From positions 1 through 25,042 of the forward strand of contig JBAZGV010000002.1 in assembly GCA_041652675.1 (NCBI GenBank): a DNA stretch of 25,042 nt, read 5' to 3'. The notes under the pieces are model-generated. The model saw only the letters and a list, made by a program, of their open reading frames with translations, had not been told where the DNA came from and did no database searches. Positions 9,227 through 22,008 of the stretch are shown here, one piece after another (the stretch's first letter is position 1; each line of letters opens with the position of its first letter). A program made the position numbers and the translations under genes. The stretch comes from Candidatus Omnitrophota bacterium (lineage in GTDB: Bacteria > Omnitrophota > Gorgyraeia > Gygaellales > Profunditerraquicolaceae).

Positions 9227-10165
9227 CTAAATATTGGCTAATTTGTCCTGTGTCTGTGCCACTAAAAATAATACCGCCATGCGCACAGCGATTCCATTAG
9301 TCACCTGTTCTAAAATCACTGAATTAACGCCGTCGGCAACTTCACTTGACATCTCAATCCCGCGGTTAATCGGCCCGGGATGCATGACTATAATGCCCCT
9401 CTTCGCTTTCTTTAACCTATCAACTGTAATACCAAATTGCTTAAAGTATTCCAACTGCTTAGGAAAAGCTGTTTCTCCGTCCCGCTCAAATTGCATGCGC
9501 AGAACATTCACCGCGTCTGCCTTCGCTAAAGCTTCTTCTATCTCATTAGTTACAACTACGCCCATATCTTCTATCCCCACAGGAATAAGTATTTTAGGCG
9601 CGCATAAAGTTACCTTAGCGCCTAATTTAAGCAAGCCCCAAATATTCGAACGGGCTACCCGTGAATGCGCGATGTCGCCTACGATACTCACGTTTAAACC
9701 TTCAATTCTGCCTAACTTCTCTTTTAATGTAAATATATCCAGCAGCGCCTGCGTAGGATGTTCATGCCAACCATCTCCAGCATTAACCACGCTAATATGC
9801 AAGTTACGGGCAAGCATTGCCGCAGCCCCGGAAGCGTTATGGCGCATAACAATAATATCAGCTTTCAAGGCTTCAATATTTTTACCGGTATCAATCAGGG
9901 TTTCTCCTTTTTTGACACTGGAGGTTTCGGTAGCGATATTAATTACATCCGCGGACAGCCTTTTAGCGGCCACTTCGAAGGAGACGCGCGTGCGCGTAGA
10001 AGGTTCATAAAATAAGTTTACTACAGTCTTACCGCGTAATGCGGGAACTTTTTTTATCTCCCGGCTGGATACTTCTTTAAATGATTCAGCAGTAGAGAGG
10101 ATTAACTCTAATTCTTCCTTATTTAGCTCTTCCAACCCCAGCAAATCTTTTCTTATCCAAGTCAT
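9227..10165 (-). CDS. pyrB: Aspartate carbamoyltransferase catalytic subunit
   Basis: [42 protein letters not shown]. Confidence 0.99.
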   Translation of the reverse strand: MTWIRKDLLGLEELNKEELELILSTAESFKEVSSREIKKVPALRGKTVVNLFYEPSTRTRVSFEVAAKRLSADVINIATETSSVKKGETLIDTGKNIEALKADIIVMRHNASGAAAMLARNLHISVVNAGDGWHEHPTQALLDIFTLKEKLGRIEGLNVSIVGDIAHSRVARSNIWGLLKLGAKVTLCAPKILIPVGIEDMGVVVTNEIEEALAKADAVNVLRMQFERDGETAFPKQLEYFKQFGITVDRLKKAKRGIIVMHPGPINRGIEMSSEVADGVNSVILEQVTNGIAVRMAVLFLVAQTQDKLANI

Positions 10166-10707
10166 TTTATCTCTTTATTAATAATAACTACTTCGTCCAC
10201 GCCATCTGTTTCCTCTAACCTGACCTCTACGGATTCATCCTTAGATGTAGGGATATTCTTTCCGGCATAATCCGCGCGAATTGGCAATTCCCTGTGCCCC
10301 CGGTCCACTAAAACCGCTAATTGGATGGACTTTGGCCTGCCGAAATCAATCAAAGCGTCAAGCGCGGCCCTTATCGTTCTTCCCGTGAATAAAACATCAT
10401 CTACTAAAACAAGATTTTTTCCATTAATATCAAAATCTATTTCAGTTTTACGCACTAAAGGTTGGCCGGAGACTAAAGCTAAATCATCACGGTATAAAGT
10501 TATATCCAGGGCTCCGCTTAAAACACCGGCTCCTTCAATATTTTTGATGCGCTCCGCGAGGCGCTGGGCAAGGTATACCCCGCGATTTCTTATGCCTATA
10601 AGGCAAAGGAATTCCGTACTCTTGTTTTTCTCAAGAATTTCATGAGCAATACGCGTAATTGCCCGCGCAACTCCCTCTTTATCTAAAATTTTAACCTTTT
10701 CTTTCAT
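10162..10707 (-). CDS. pyrR: Bifunctional pyrimidine operon attenuation protein / uracil phosphoribosyltransferase
   Basis: [22 protein letters not shown] motif [29 protein letters not shown]; first gene of the operon. Confidence 0.98.
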   Translation of the reverse strand: MKEKVKILDKEGVARAITRIAHEILEKNKSTEFLCLIGIRNRGVYLAQRLAERIKNIEGAGVLSGALDITLYRDDLALVSGQPLVRKTEIDFDINGKNLVLVDDVLFTGRTIRAALDALIDFGRPKSIQLAVLVDRGHRELPIRADYAGKNIPTSKDESVEVRLEETDGVDEVVIINKEIK

Positions 10708-10720
10708 CTGCTACCTCATT

Positions 10721-10753
10721 AAAAAAATACCCCTGGCTTTTCTTGCCAAGGGT
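10721..10753 (-). terminator. Intrinsic attenuator terminator in the pyrR leader
   Basis: Minus strand ACCCTTGGC-AAGAAAA-GCCAGGGGT followed by A and T7, directly before the pyrR SD (GAGG). Confidence 0.88.
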
Positions 10754-10787
10754 GATATTTTTATTATTCTCTCTTGCATTATATTTA

Positions 10788-10819
10788 CCTTGCCAGCTTC
10801 ACAGAGCTGGGCTTAAAGG
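10788..10819 (-). promoter_or_regulatory. PyrR-binding stem-loop (anti-antiterminator)
   Basis: CCUUUAAGC-CCAGCU-CUGUGA-AGCUGG-CAAGG has the CUUUAA element, a CNGNGA hexaloop and a CCUU/AAGG basal stem, as in known PyrR binding loops. It lies upstream of the terminator and pyrR. Confidence 0.88.
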
Positions 10820-10838
10820 CCCTTTATCTAATTGCTTA

Positions 10839-10866
10839 ATTATAACATCACTGGCGCAATTGTCAA
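10839..10866 (-). promoter_or_regulatory. sigma70-type promoter of the pyr operon
   Basis: TTGACA (10866-10861) - 16 nt - TATAAT (10844-10839), with extended -10 TGn. Confidence 0.85.
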
Positions 10867-10872
10867 GGTGAA

Positions 10873-11526
10873 TCAAATAATTACAACAAACTCCCCGCGC
10901 GGCTTTGTTTGTTTAAAATACTCTATAATCCGGATAGCTTTATCCCGTTTGATTTCTTCAAATTTTTTTGTTAGTTCCCTGATTACCGCTATTTCTTTTT
11001 CTCCAAATACCGCGTGGATATCTTCTAAAGCCGCCAAAATACGGTGGCAAGATTCATAGAGAATAATTGTACGCCTCTCTTGGGCCAATTCCTTGAGCCG
11101 GTTTACCCGCGCGCCAGACCGGTTAGGCAGGAATCCAACAAAAATAAATTCATGCGCAGGCTTTCCTGAAAGTACCAAAGCGTTTACAAAAGCAGTGGCT
11201 CCCGGGATTACCGTTATCGCGATATTATTTTTTATAGCTAAATTAATTAAATTATACCCCGGGTCAAGTATGCCGGGGGTGCCGGCATCAGAGACAAGGG
11301 CAATATTTTTACCGTCTTTTAACAACCCCAAAATATACTCGCCCTTGGTAAGCCTATTCTGTTGAAAAAAACTTGTCGTTGGCTTATGGATATCGTAATG
11401 ATTAAGGAGGATTTTGGTGTGGCGTGTATCCTCACAGGCAATTAAATCTACGGATTTTAATACTTCTATAGCCCGAAGTGTTATATCTTTAAGATTGCCT
11501 ATTGGGGTGGCAACTATATATAGCAT
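10873..11526 (-). CDS. rsmI: 16S rRNA (cytidine1402-2'-O)-methyltransferase
   Basis: LYIVATPIGNLKDITLRA, ACEDTRHT, VSDAGTPG..DPG, YES.HR, RELTKKFEE, PRGEFVV. Confidence 0.97.
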   Translation of the reverse strand: MLYIVATPIGNLKDITLRAIEVLKSVDLIACEDTRHTKILLNHYDIHKPTTSFFQQNRLTKGEYILGLLKDGKNIALVSDAGTPGILDPGYNLINLAIKNNIAITVIPGATAFVNALVLSGKPAHEFIFVGFLPNRSGARVNRLKELAQERRTIILYESCHRILAALEDIHAVFGEKEIAVIRELTKKFEEIKRDKAIRIIEYFKQTKPRGEFVVII

Positions 11527-13364
11527 TATTCAACCGTAACGGACTTGGCTAAATTACGCGGCTGGTCAACATCGCAACCGCGCTTAACTGCAATATGATA
11601 TGCGAGCAATTGTAAAGGCAAAGCAACTAAAAGCGGAGAAAATATTTCATCCTGCTTAGGAATATAAATGACCTCCCGCACTAAAGCTTTAATCTCCTTA
11701 TCCCCTTCACTGGCTATAACGATAATCTTGCCTTTACGGGAACGTATTTCCTGAATATTAGAGACCATTTTTTCATAAACTTTCGAACGGACAGCAATAC
11801 AAACTACCGCACGGTATTCGTCAATCAAAGCAATCGGGCCGTGCTTCATCTCGCCGGCAGCATAACCTTCAGCAGGAATATAGGATATCTCTTTTAGTTT
11901 TAGCGCGCCTTCCAAAGCCGAAGGGTAATTAATATTCCTGCCTAAGTATAAAAATGAGCCGAAATGTGAATACTTACGACTGACTTTCGCTATAGCCCCT
12001 TGCTCCTTTAATATCTGGCCCATCTGTTTGGGTATTTTCCGTAATTCACCGAGATATTTATTAACCTTGAATCCAGAGAGCGTGCCGCGTATTTGGGCAA
12101 GATAAAAAGCAAATAAATATAACGCGACTAATTGCGCGGTATACGCTTTAGTAGAAGCGACCCCTATTTCAGGCCCAGCATAGGTATAAATTATCCCGTC
12201 AGATTCACGGGTTAAGGTAGAGCCTAAAACATTACAAATTGAGATTACGGATGCCCCGCGCTTGCGCGCTTCGCGCGCACCAGCCAAGGTATCGGCAGTT
12301 TCCCCAGACTGGCTTATCGCCACGACTAAAGTCTCCGGGCCGATTAAAAGATCCCGATAACGGAATTCGCTTGAAACATCTATATGTGTTGGAATAGCAC
12401 AGATTGATTCTAAGGCATATTTACCTACTAACCCCGCGTGATACGCCGTGCCACAGGCAATGATAAAAATGTTTTTGATTATTTTTAGTTTTTCTACCGG
12501 AACATTTTGTTCCTTAAAAATAACCTGCCCGGATTTTTTTTCTATCCTTATATTTAATATATTCTCCAAGATCTTAGGCTGCTCATTGATCTCCTTGAGC
12601 ATAAAATGTTTAAATCCGTTTTTCTGCGCCTGCGCTATATCCCAATTAATACGTACTGATTTCTTAAAAATTGTTTTTCCTTCAAAATCCGCTATCTTAA
12701 AACTGTCCCTTGATAAAACTACCAGTTCATTCTCACCTAAAAAAATAACATCCTTGGTCAATTCTAAAATCGCCGGGGCATCTGAAGCAAGAAAATTTTC
12801 ATTTTCCCCTATTCCGACAATTAATGGGCTGCCGGAACGCGCACCAACTAATTTATTAGGCTCTTTAGCGGAAATTACCCCGATAGCAAAAGAACCTACC
12901 AACAATTTAAGCGCTCTGGCAACAGCACCTTCTATCGGAATTTCTTGATAAAACTTTTCTATAAGATGCGCAATCACTTCGGTATCTGTATGGCTGCGGA
13001 ATTTATGGCCTTCTTTAATTAATTGCGCTTTTAAAGCCTCGTGATTCTCGATAATACCATTATGAACCACGGCAATCTCTCCCTTACAGTCTTCATGTGG
13101 ATGAGCGTTAGCTTGAGTGGGAGCCCCATGAGTCGCCCAGCGGCTATGAGCGATACCGGTGTTGCCGAAGAGTGGTTTTATTTTTAGGATTTTTTCTAGA
13201 TCTTTTATCTTGCCGGGAGTTTTCCTTATGGAAATGGTGTTTTTTTTGGGAAAGATTATAGCCATACCGCTTGAATCGTACCCGCGGTATTCAAGGCGCT
13301 TAATCCCGCTAAGAAGTACGGGTTGCGCTTCTCTTGCCCCAATATATCCAATTATTCCGCACAC
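11526..13364 (-). CDS. glmS: Glutamine--fructose-6-phosphate aminotransferase (isomerizing)
   Basis: GTG start followed by catalytic Cys (CGIIG), EYRGYDS, HSRWATHG, SQSGETADT, GEMKHGP, PRNLAKSVTVE. Confidence 0.99.
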   Translation of the reverse strand: MCGIIGYIGAREAQPVLLSGIKRLEYRGYDSSGMAIIFPKKNTISIRKTPGKIKDLEKILKIKPLFGNTGIAHSRWATHGAPTQANAHPHEDCKGEIAVVHNGIIENHEALKAQLIKEGHKFRSHTDTEVIAHLIEKFYQEIPIEGAVARALKLLVGSFAIGVISAKEPNKLVGARSGSPLIVGIGENENFLASDAPAILELTKDVIFLGENELVVLSRDSFKIADFEGKTIFKKSVRINWDIAQAQKNGFKHFMLKEINEQPKILENILNIRIEKKSGQVIFKEQNVPVEKLKIIKNIFIIACGTAYHAGLVGKYALESICAIPTHIDVSSEFRYRDLLIGPETLVVAISQSGETADTLAGAREARKRGASVISICNVLGSTLTRESDGIIYTYAGPEIGVASTKAYTAQLVALYLFAFYLAQIRGTLSGFKVNKYLGELRKIPKQMGQILKEQGAIAKVSRKYSHFGSFLYLGRNINYPSALEGALKLKEISYIPAEGYAAGEMKHGPIALIDEYRAVVCIAVRSKVYEKMVSNIQEIRSRKGKIIVIASEGDKEIKALVREVIYIPKQDEIFSPLLVALPLQLLAYHIAVKRGCDVDQPRNLAKSVTVE

Positions 13365-13383
13365 CAGGCACCTCTAATATCAA

Positions 13384-13457
13384 TGACCCCAACGGGATTT
13401 GAACCCGTGTCGAGAGCTTGAAAAGCTCTTGTCCTAACCAGGCTAGACGATGGGGTC
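13384..13457 (-). tRNA. tRNA-Glu(UUC)
   Basis: GACCCCA/TGGGGTC acceptor + discriminator A; anticodon arm AGAGC-TT[TTC]AA-GCTCT; T arm ACGGG-TTCAAAT-CCCGT. CCA is not encoded. Confidence 0.97.
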
Positions 13458-13461
13458 GTAA

Positions 13462-15896
13462 TTATTCTTCTACGCTTTCAGCAATTACCGGAGCAACACA
13501 AGAAACATGGTCCTTATCCTGCAATTTTATTAAACGCACGCCTTGAGCAGACCGTCCGGTTTCACGAATATCTTTTATGGCGCAGCGTAAGAAAATTCCG
13601 TTCTGCGTGATAACCATCAGCTCATCATTATCATTTACAGTCTTTAAATTTACTGCCTCGCCATTTTTATCTGTGACTTTTATGTTAATTACCCCTTTAC
13701 CGCCGCGGCTAGTCAGCCGGTATTCATCAACAGTAGTGCGCTTGGCAAAACCTAAAGTAGTAACTGTCAATATGGCTGCTCCCTTTTGAGGAATAACCAT
13801 ATCAATAACCTCATCTTTCTTACCTAAAGAAATGCCCCTTACGCCGCGCGCGCCTCTGCCCATATCGCGCACTTTTTCCTCGGAAAATCTTATCGCCTTA
13901 CCTTGACGAGTGCCGATCAGTAATTCCTGCTTGCCGTCAGTCATCTCTACTCCGATTAGCTCGTCATCTTTATCTAAAGTAATCCCGATAATCCCGCCTT
14001 TTCTGGGATTACCATAAGCGTCAAGCCGAGTCTTCTTAATCTGGCCTAACTTAGTAGCCATAACCAGATATTTATCGCCGACAAATTCCTTTACCGGCAT
14101 AGTTGAGCTGATCTTAGCGCCTGCCTCCATCTCCACCAGATTAATTATAGCTTTCCCCTTGGATGTGCGGGTAGCTTGAGGTATCTCATAGACTTTGAGC
14201 CAATGCACCTGGCCCTTACCGGTAAAAATCAAAAGATAGTCTTTGGTGGAAGCAATAAAAAGATGTTCGATAAAATCTTCGTCTTTGAGGTCTGCTCCGG
14301 TCGCGCCTGTGCCGCCGCGTTTTTGCTTACGATACGCGCTAACTGGCAGGCGCTTAATATATCCTCCATGGCTTACAGTTACAACAACATCCTCCTCGGC
14401 AATAAAATCTTCTACCGCCAATTCCTCCACCTCATCAACTATATCAGTCCTGCGTTCATCGCCGTATTTTTTCTTTAAATCTTCTAACTCTGTTTTAATG
14501 ATAGCTTCGATCTTCTTCTCTGAGGCCAAAATCGCCTGGCACAACTCAATTTTCTTTAAGAGCTCGGCGTATTCTGCTTCAAGCTTGTCCTGTTCCAGGG
14601 CGGTTAAACGCTGCAGCTGCATCTCCAAGATTGCTTGAGATTGAATTTCGGAAAGCTCAAATTCTTTCATCAAATTTATCTTCGCGGCTTCGACACTCTT
14701 GGAAGTTTTAATTACCTTAATAATACGGTCAATAAACTTAAGCGCGATTTTCAGCCCTTCTAAAATATGCGCGCGCTTCAAGGCCTTATCCAATTCAAAT
14801 TGCGTCCTGCGCCGGATAATGAGCTTACGATGTTCGATATAACAAAGAAGTACCTGTTTTAAATTTAAAACCCGCGGCCGGTTTTCCACCAAGGCGAGCA
14901 TGATAATGCCAAAGGTGGTTTCTAACTGGGTATGTTTAAAAATTTGGTTTAAATCAGCTGCGGCTCAATGTCGCGTTTCAATTCCACTACAATACGCATA
15001 CCGTCTTTATCCGACTCGTCACGGATATCCGAGATACCCTCAATCTTTTTGTCATCAACTAAACCGGCGATGGCTTCAATAACCGAAGATTTCTGCACCT
15101 GATAGGGAATTTCAGTAATAATGACCAGGTCTTTTCCGTTCTTCTGATGCTCTACAGTCGCCTTAGCGCGAACAGTGAGCTTACCGCGGCCGGTATTATA
15201 AGCCTCCTTGATCCCTGCCTTTCCGCAAATTAACCCCCCGGTCGGAAAATCCGGGCCCTTAATATAGCGCAGCAGGTCTTTAATTTCCGCTCCGGGATTA
15301 TCTAATATATGGATAATCGCATCCGCTACTTCATTGAGATTATGCGGCGGTATATTCGTTGCCATACCTACGGCAATTCCGCTGGAGCCATTCACCAAAA
15401 GATTGGGAAGCGCCGCGGGTAATAATAACGGCTCTTTCAGGGAAGCGTCAAAGTTTGGGCCAAAATTCACTGTATCTTTGTCAATATCACCGAGCATTTC
15501 ATCAGAAATTCCCGCAAGCCGCGCCTCGGTATACCTCATTGCGGCAGGCGCATCGCCATCAACCGACCCGAAGTTACCCTGTCCGTCAATTAAAGGATAG
15601 CGCAAAGAAAAATCTTGCGCCATTCTTACCAGGGTATCATAAATGGCCATATCTCCGTGCGGATGGTACTTACCCATAGTTTCACCGACGATACGGGCGC
15701 ATTTTTTGTATGGCTTAGAGTGGTCAAGATTAAGGTCCTGCATAGCATAAAGTATTCTTCTATGCACGGGCTTAAGCCCGTCTCTGGCATCCGGCAGCGC
15801 GCGCCCGACAATTACACTCATCGCGTAATTTAGGTAAGCATCCTTAACTTCTTCTTCAATGCAAATCGGGATTATTTTTTCGTTACGAGTATACAT
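13462..15896 (-). CDS. gyrA: DNA gyrase subunit A, interrupted by a single-base frameshift near 14950 (ORF pieces 14949-15896 and 13462-14901)
   Basis: The N-part has [22 protein letters not shown] and catalytic AAMRYTE. The C-part has the GyrA box QKRGGTG and beta-pinwheel repeats. One extra T at ATT|TAA restores ...[26 protein letters not shown]..., giving about 811 aa. Confidence 0.95.
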
Positions 15897-15898
15897 CT

Positions 15899-16669
15899 TT
15901 AGCTGACTGCCTCTTTTAATTTTTTATACAATACCAGCATAACAGATACCCACATAGGCACTGCCACCGCGCTTGCTAAAACCTGATAAATAATCAACAA
16001 AATCTCACCTGCGCCCTGAAGGCCGATTACCAGATTAAAGAGTAGAGCCGGAATAAACAATAACGAGAAAGGCAAAAGAATAAAACAGAATACCCCGACC
16101 ACCGGCGAGATACTCTTTTTTACCAAATCATGGCTAATTTTCAGCGATCTTACCGGCCCTGCTTCTTCCATAATACATATAATCCCGGCGAGCGAAAATC
16201 TAAACGCGCAATAAACCGCCGCACCCACACAAGCTATTATAACAATAGCGCCCGCCAATAAAACAGCTAAGTTTATACTAGGCATCCTAACAAAGGCGGC
16301 AGAGATAAAACTCATAATAATAGCTGCCAGCAAAATAATACCTAGGGTAATCAAGCTAAATAATAAAACAGTTAACATATAACGCCATAAATATTTAATA
16401 GCGGTTTTCATCGTATCCATTGCCTTATGTGCTATTGCATTTAACTGCTCGCGAACCGACAAAATTAAACTTGCCATAACAAATGCGTCCAATGCCCAAC
16501 GCACAAGACTGCTGGCAAGTTGGACCAAGGCCAGTTTTGCTCCTTTTGAAATCCAAAACAGGTCTATTAGGGTAAAAGGAATATAAACTAACAAGTAGAT
16601 CCCCGCGAGTTTACGCCAATTTACCCGCCAATTCTTTAAACCTTCAACAAAAATTGCCCAAGGATGCAT
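15899..16669 (-). CDS. Uncharacterised integral membrane protein (about 6 predicted TM segments)
   Basis: Long hydrophobic stretches, with a RFSLA...EE.GP..SLK.S..LV pattern reminiscent of uncharacterised multi-TM families. GGGAGG SD before ATG 16669; the ORF track starts at 16696. Confidence 0.8.
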   Translation of the reverse strand: MHPWAIFVEGLKNWRVNWRKLAGIYLLVYIPFTLIDLFWISKGAKLALVQLASSLVRWALDAFVMASLILSVREQLNAIAHKAMDTMKTAIKYLWRYMLTVLLFSLITLGIILLAAIIMSFISAAFVRMPSINLAVLLAGAIVIIACVGAAVYCAFRFSLAGIICIMEEAGPVRSLKISHDLVKKSISPVVGVFCFILLPFSLLFIPALLFNLVIGLQGAGEILLIIYQVLASAVAVPMWVSVMLVLYKKLKEAVS

Positions 16670-16688
16670 AATGCCCTCCCATAATATA

Positions 16689-16719
16689 GGCACCAAATAC
16701 TTTGATATATTTGGGTGCC
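16689..16719 (-). other. Stem-loop just downstream of gyrB (possible weak terminator or mRNA-stabilising hairpin)
   Basis: Minus strand GGCACC(C)AAATA-TATCAAAG-TATTTGGTGCC: 11 bp with one bulge, followed by TATATTAT rather than a clean U-tract. Confidence 0.5.
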
Positions 16720-16728
16720 ATTTAAGAT

Positions 16729-19436
<2,708 letters not shown>

Positions 19437-19440
19437 CTTT

Positions 19441-20532
19441 TTAACTTATGCGCATAGGTAATACAATATAAGTATATCCGTTAATACGTATAACCCCCGG
19501 TTTTTCACTATCTGTTAATTCTATATCTACAGACTCTTCTCCTAAGTTTTTTAAAACATCTAGTAAGTAATTTGGATTAAAACCAATAGCTAATTCTTTA
19601 CCCTGATACGAAACCGCCAATTCTTCGCGCGACTCCCCCACATCCGGAGTTGACTTAGAGACAACAAGCTTATTCTTAAATACCTCCAACTTCACCGCCT
19701 GGTAATCAGGAGTAGAGAGCAATGCCGCCCTTTTCACAGCTAACAAAAGATCCCCTCTATTAACACGCACCTTATTTTCTGTCGTTGGCGGTATAACTTG
19801 TTTATAATCAGGGAACTCACCTTCGATGAGCCGCGAAATTATCACAACGCTTCCTAAATCAAACAACGCTTGATTGCTTCCCAAAACAATAGACAGCTCT
19901 CCTTCTTCGCGCAGGTTGCGATTTAACTCATGGATAGTTTTAATAGGAATAATAATACTCATCTCTTGGCTGACACTATAACTCATTTTTTTCTCTACAA
20001 CTGCCAAGCGCTTACCGTCTGTCGCCACTAAAATAAGCCCATTTTTACTAACCTTCAATAAAATCCCGTTCAATATATACCGCGTTTCGTCAATGGAAAC
20101 AGAAAAAGAGGTAAGGTTTAACATCTCCTTTAAAACCGATTGTTCTAATTTTAAAACTTCCTTATCCTTAAACTCCGGGAGCCTGGGGAACTCTTCGCGA
20201 GCAAGGCCCATAATTTTGAATTGGCATAAATCCGTCTCAATACTTACCTGATTATTTTTCTTAGTGGAGACGCTAACACTATTCCCGGGTAACTCCTTAA
20301 CAATATCACTAAACCTCTTAGCCGGAACCGTAACCGCGCCTGCTTCCTGGATATTAACAGGTATTAAACAGGTTATACCAATATCCAAATCGGTAGCTGT
20401 TAAGCGCAATCCGTCTTGTTGTGTTTCAATTAAAATGTTGGATAATATAGGTAAACTACTCTTAGTGACAATAACATTTTGCACAGTTTGAATACCGTTT
20501 ATTAATATACTCTTCTCTACTTTAAACTTCAT
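19441..20532 (-). CDS. dnaN: DNA polymerase III beta sliding clamp
   Basis: LPILSNIL, ATDLDI, ETRYILNG, VATDGKRLA, SRLIEGEFPDYKQVIP, IGFNPNYLLDVL, VLPMR. Confidence 0.99.
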   Translation of the reverse strand: MKFKVEKSILINGIQTVQNVIVTKSSLPILSNILIETQQDGLRLTATDLDIGITCLIPVNIQEAGAVTVPAKRFSDIVKELPGNSVSVSTKKNNQVSIETDLCQFKIMGLAREEFPRLPEFKDKEVLKLEQSVLKEMLNLTSFSVSIDETRYILNGILLKVSKNGLILVATDGKRLAVVEKKMSYSVSQEMSIIIPIKTIHELNRNLREEGELSIVLGSNQALFDLGSVVIISRLIEGEFPDYKQVIPPTTENKVRVNRGDLLLAVKRAALLSTPDYQAVKLEVFKNKLVVSKSTPDVGESREELAVSYQGKELAIGFNPNYLLDVLKNLGEESVDIELTDSEKPGVIRINGYTYIVLPMRIS

Positions 20533-20669
20533 TTTGCTCTCCTTACTATTTATTATTTAATATATTAAAACAGTATTAGTAATAATGGTTTAGTTTTCTG
20601 TTGAAAACCCCGTAAGCCCCTATCTAAGTGATAGTTAAAACAAAAAACAACCTTGGATAAGCCTCTTAA
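20533..20669. other. Probable oriC unwinding region (dnaA-dnaN spacer)
   Basis: Degenerate DnaA boxes at 20599-20607 (TTTTCAACA) and 20652-20660 (TTATCCAAG), a DnaA-trio-like run CAG TAT TAG TAA TAA at 20571-20585, then an almost pure AT tract at about 20545-20570. Confidence 0.7.
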
Positions 20670-22007
20670 TTACTGTTTAATGACTTGTGTAATTTTTTCT
20701 ACCTTTTCAGATAGTGATGGTTCAGTATTGATTGCTTCTTTAATTTTATTATACGAATGTAAAACAGTTGTGTGGTCCTTGCCGCCGAAAAACTGCCCTA
20801 TCTCAGGAAGAGAAAGATCGGTTAAATTTCTACTTAAATACATAGCTACTTGTCTTGGTAATACTATTGTTTTATTGCGCCGGCGAGCTTTTATGTCTCC
20901 CAAAGAAATACCAAATTCTTCCGCTACACATCGCTGAATAAAGTCTATAGTAATAAGTTTTTTAGGCTCTTTGAGGAGATCTTTTAAAACCTCTTTAGCT
21001 AAGTCAATGGTAATAGGTTTCTCTTCCATTAATGAGTAAGCCATGGTTCTGACCAGGGCGCCTTCTAATTCCCGGATGTTGGTTTTAATTAATTGGGCGA
21101 TAAAAAATATTACGTCATCCGGGACGGCAACCGGCTCTCTCTCAATTTTCTTTTTTAATATGGCGACGCGTGTTTCTAAATCCGGAGGTTGAATATCGGT
21201 AGTTAGGCCCCAGCCAAAACGCGAAACTAATCTTTCTTGCAGGTCCGCTATATCTTTAGGCGGCCTGTCAGATGATAAAATAATTTGTTTGTGCGCGTCG
21301 TAAAGAGCGTTAAAGGTGTTGAAAAACTCCTCTTGAGTAGAATCCTTGCCGCCGAAAAAATGCACATCGTCTATTACCAGAACATCGGTGTTCCTATATT
21401 TTTGCCTAAAGGCAGTTGTGGAATGATGTTGTATGGCATTAATCAGTTCGTTAGTAAATTGCTCTGAAGGCAAATAGGTGATCCTCAGGGTTCCGTTAGA
21501 ATTGGCCAGTACTTTATGGCATATTGATTGAATTAAGTGGGTTTTTCCTAATCCGACACCACCATAAATAAACAAAGGATTATATGTCTTCGCGGGTGCG
21601 TCTGCTACCGCGGCAGAGTAAGCGTGTGCGTGCCGGTTGGAAGGCCCAATTACAAAATTTTCAAAAGTATAACGGCTGTTGAGTTTTAAACCTTGTTGGC
21701 CGCGGCTTTCTATTGCGGGTGGGGTTTTTACCTCTTTTTTTTCTGCTACGCTTTCAAACTTTTCCCCTACCTCAATTTCTATGTTAATTTGCAAAAATCC
21801 CGCAGATTTGACCGAAGCTTCTATGTCCACAAAGTAATTTTTTTTGACCCAATCTCTAAAGAAGGTGTCTGGAGCCTCCAGTACAATGCAGTCTTGGCCT
21901 TTTATTTTTACCTTTAAAGGGGCAATCCAAGTCTCGAATGTCGATGCGCCGAGGCGTTCTTTCAAATATTCTTGTGCTTGACTCCAGGCTAAGCCCATAT
22001 TCTCCAT
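20670..22007 (-). CDS. dnaA: Chromosomal replication initiator protein
   Basis: YTFENFVIG, YNPLFIYGGVGLGKTHL, QEEFFNTFN, RL.SRFGWGL, RELEGAL, RQVAMYL, GGKDHTTVLHS. Confidence 0.99.
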   Translation of the reverse strand: MENMGLAWSQAQEYLKERLGASTFETWIAPLKVKIKGQDCIVLEAPDTFFRDWVKKNYFVDIEASVKSAGFLQINIEIEVGEKFESVAEKKEVKTPPAIESRGQQGLKLNSRYTFENFVIGPSNRHAHAYSAAVADAPAKTYNPLFIYGGVGLGKTHLIQSICHKVLANSNGTLRITYLPSEQFTNELINAIQHHSTTAFRQKYRNTDVLVIDDVHFFGGKDSTQEEFFNTFNALYDAHKQIILSSDRPPKDIADLQERLVSRFGWGLTTDIQPPDLETRVAILKKKIEREPVAVPDDVIFFIAQLIKTNIRELEGALVRTMAYSLMEEKPITIDLAKEVLKDLLKEPKKLITIDFIQRCVAEEFGISLGDIKARRRNKTIVLPRQVAMYLSRNLTDLSLPEIGQFFGGKDHTTVLHSYNKIKEAINTEPSLSEKVEKITQVIKQ

Positions 22008-22008
22008 C

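Noticed and set aside
8698-10010. Long plus-strand ORFs (200 aa and 258 aa) opposite pyrC/pyrB
   Set aside because: They are antisense shadows of well-conserved genes, with no recognisable motif or RBS and with typical reverse-frame composition.
13365-13383. glmS ribozyme upstream of glmS
   Set aside because: Only 19 nt separate tRNA-Glu from the glmS GTG, leaving no room for the ribozyme.
14944-14954. TTTAAAC slippery heptamer at the gyrA break as a programmed -1 frameshift
   Set aside because: The heptamer is out of phase. The incoming frame reads ATT|TAA rather than TTA|AAC, and P-site tRNA-Ile would have to slip onto GAT, so canonical -1 PRF does not fit.
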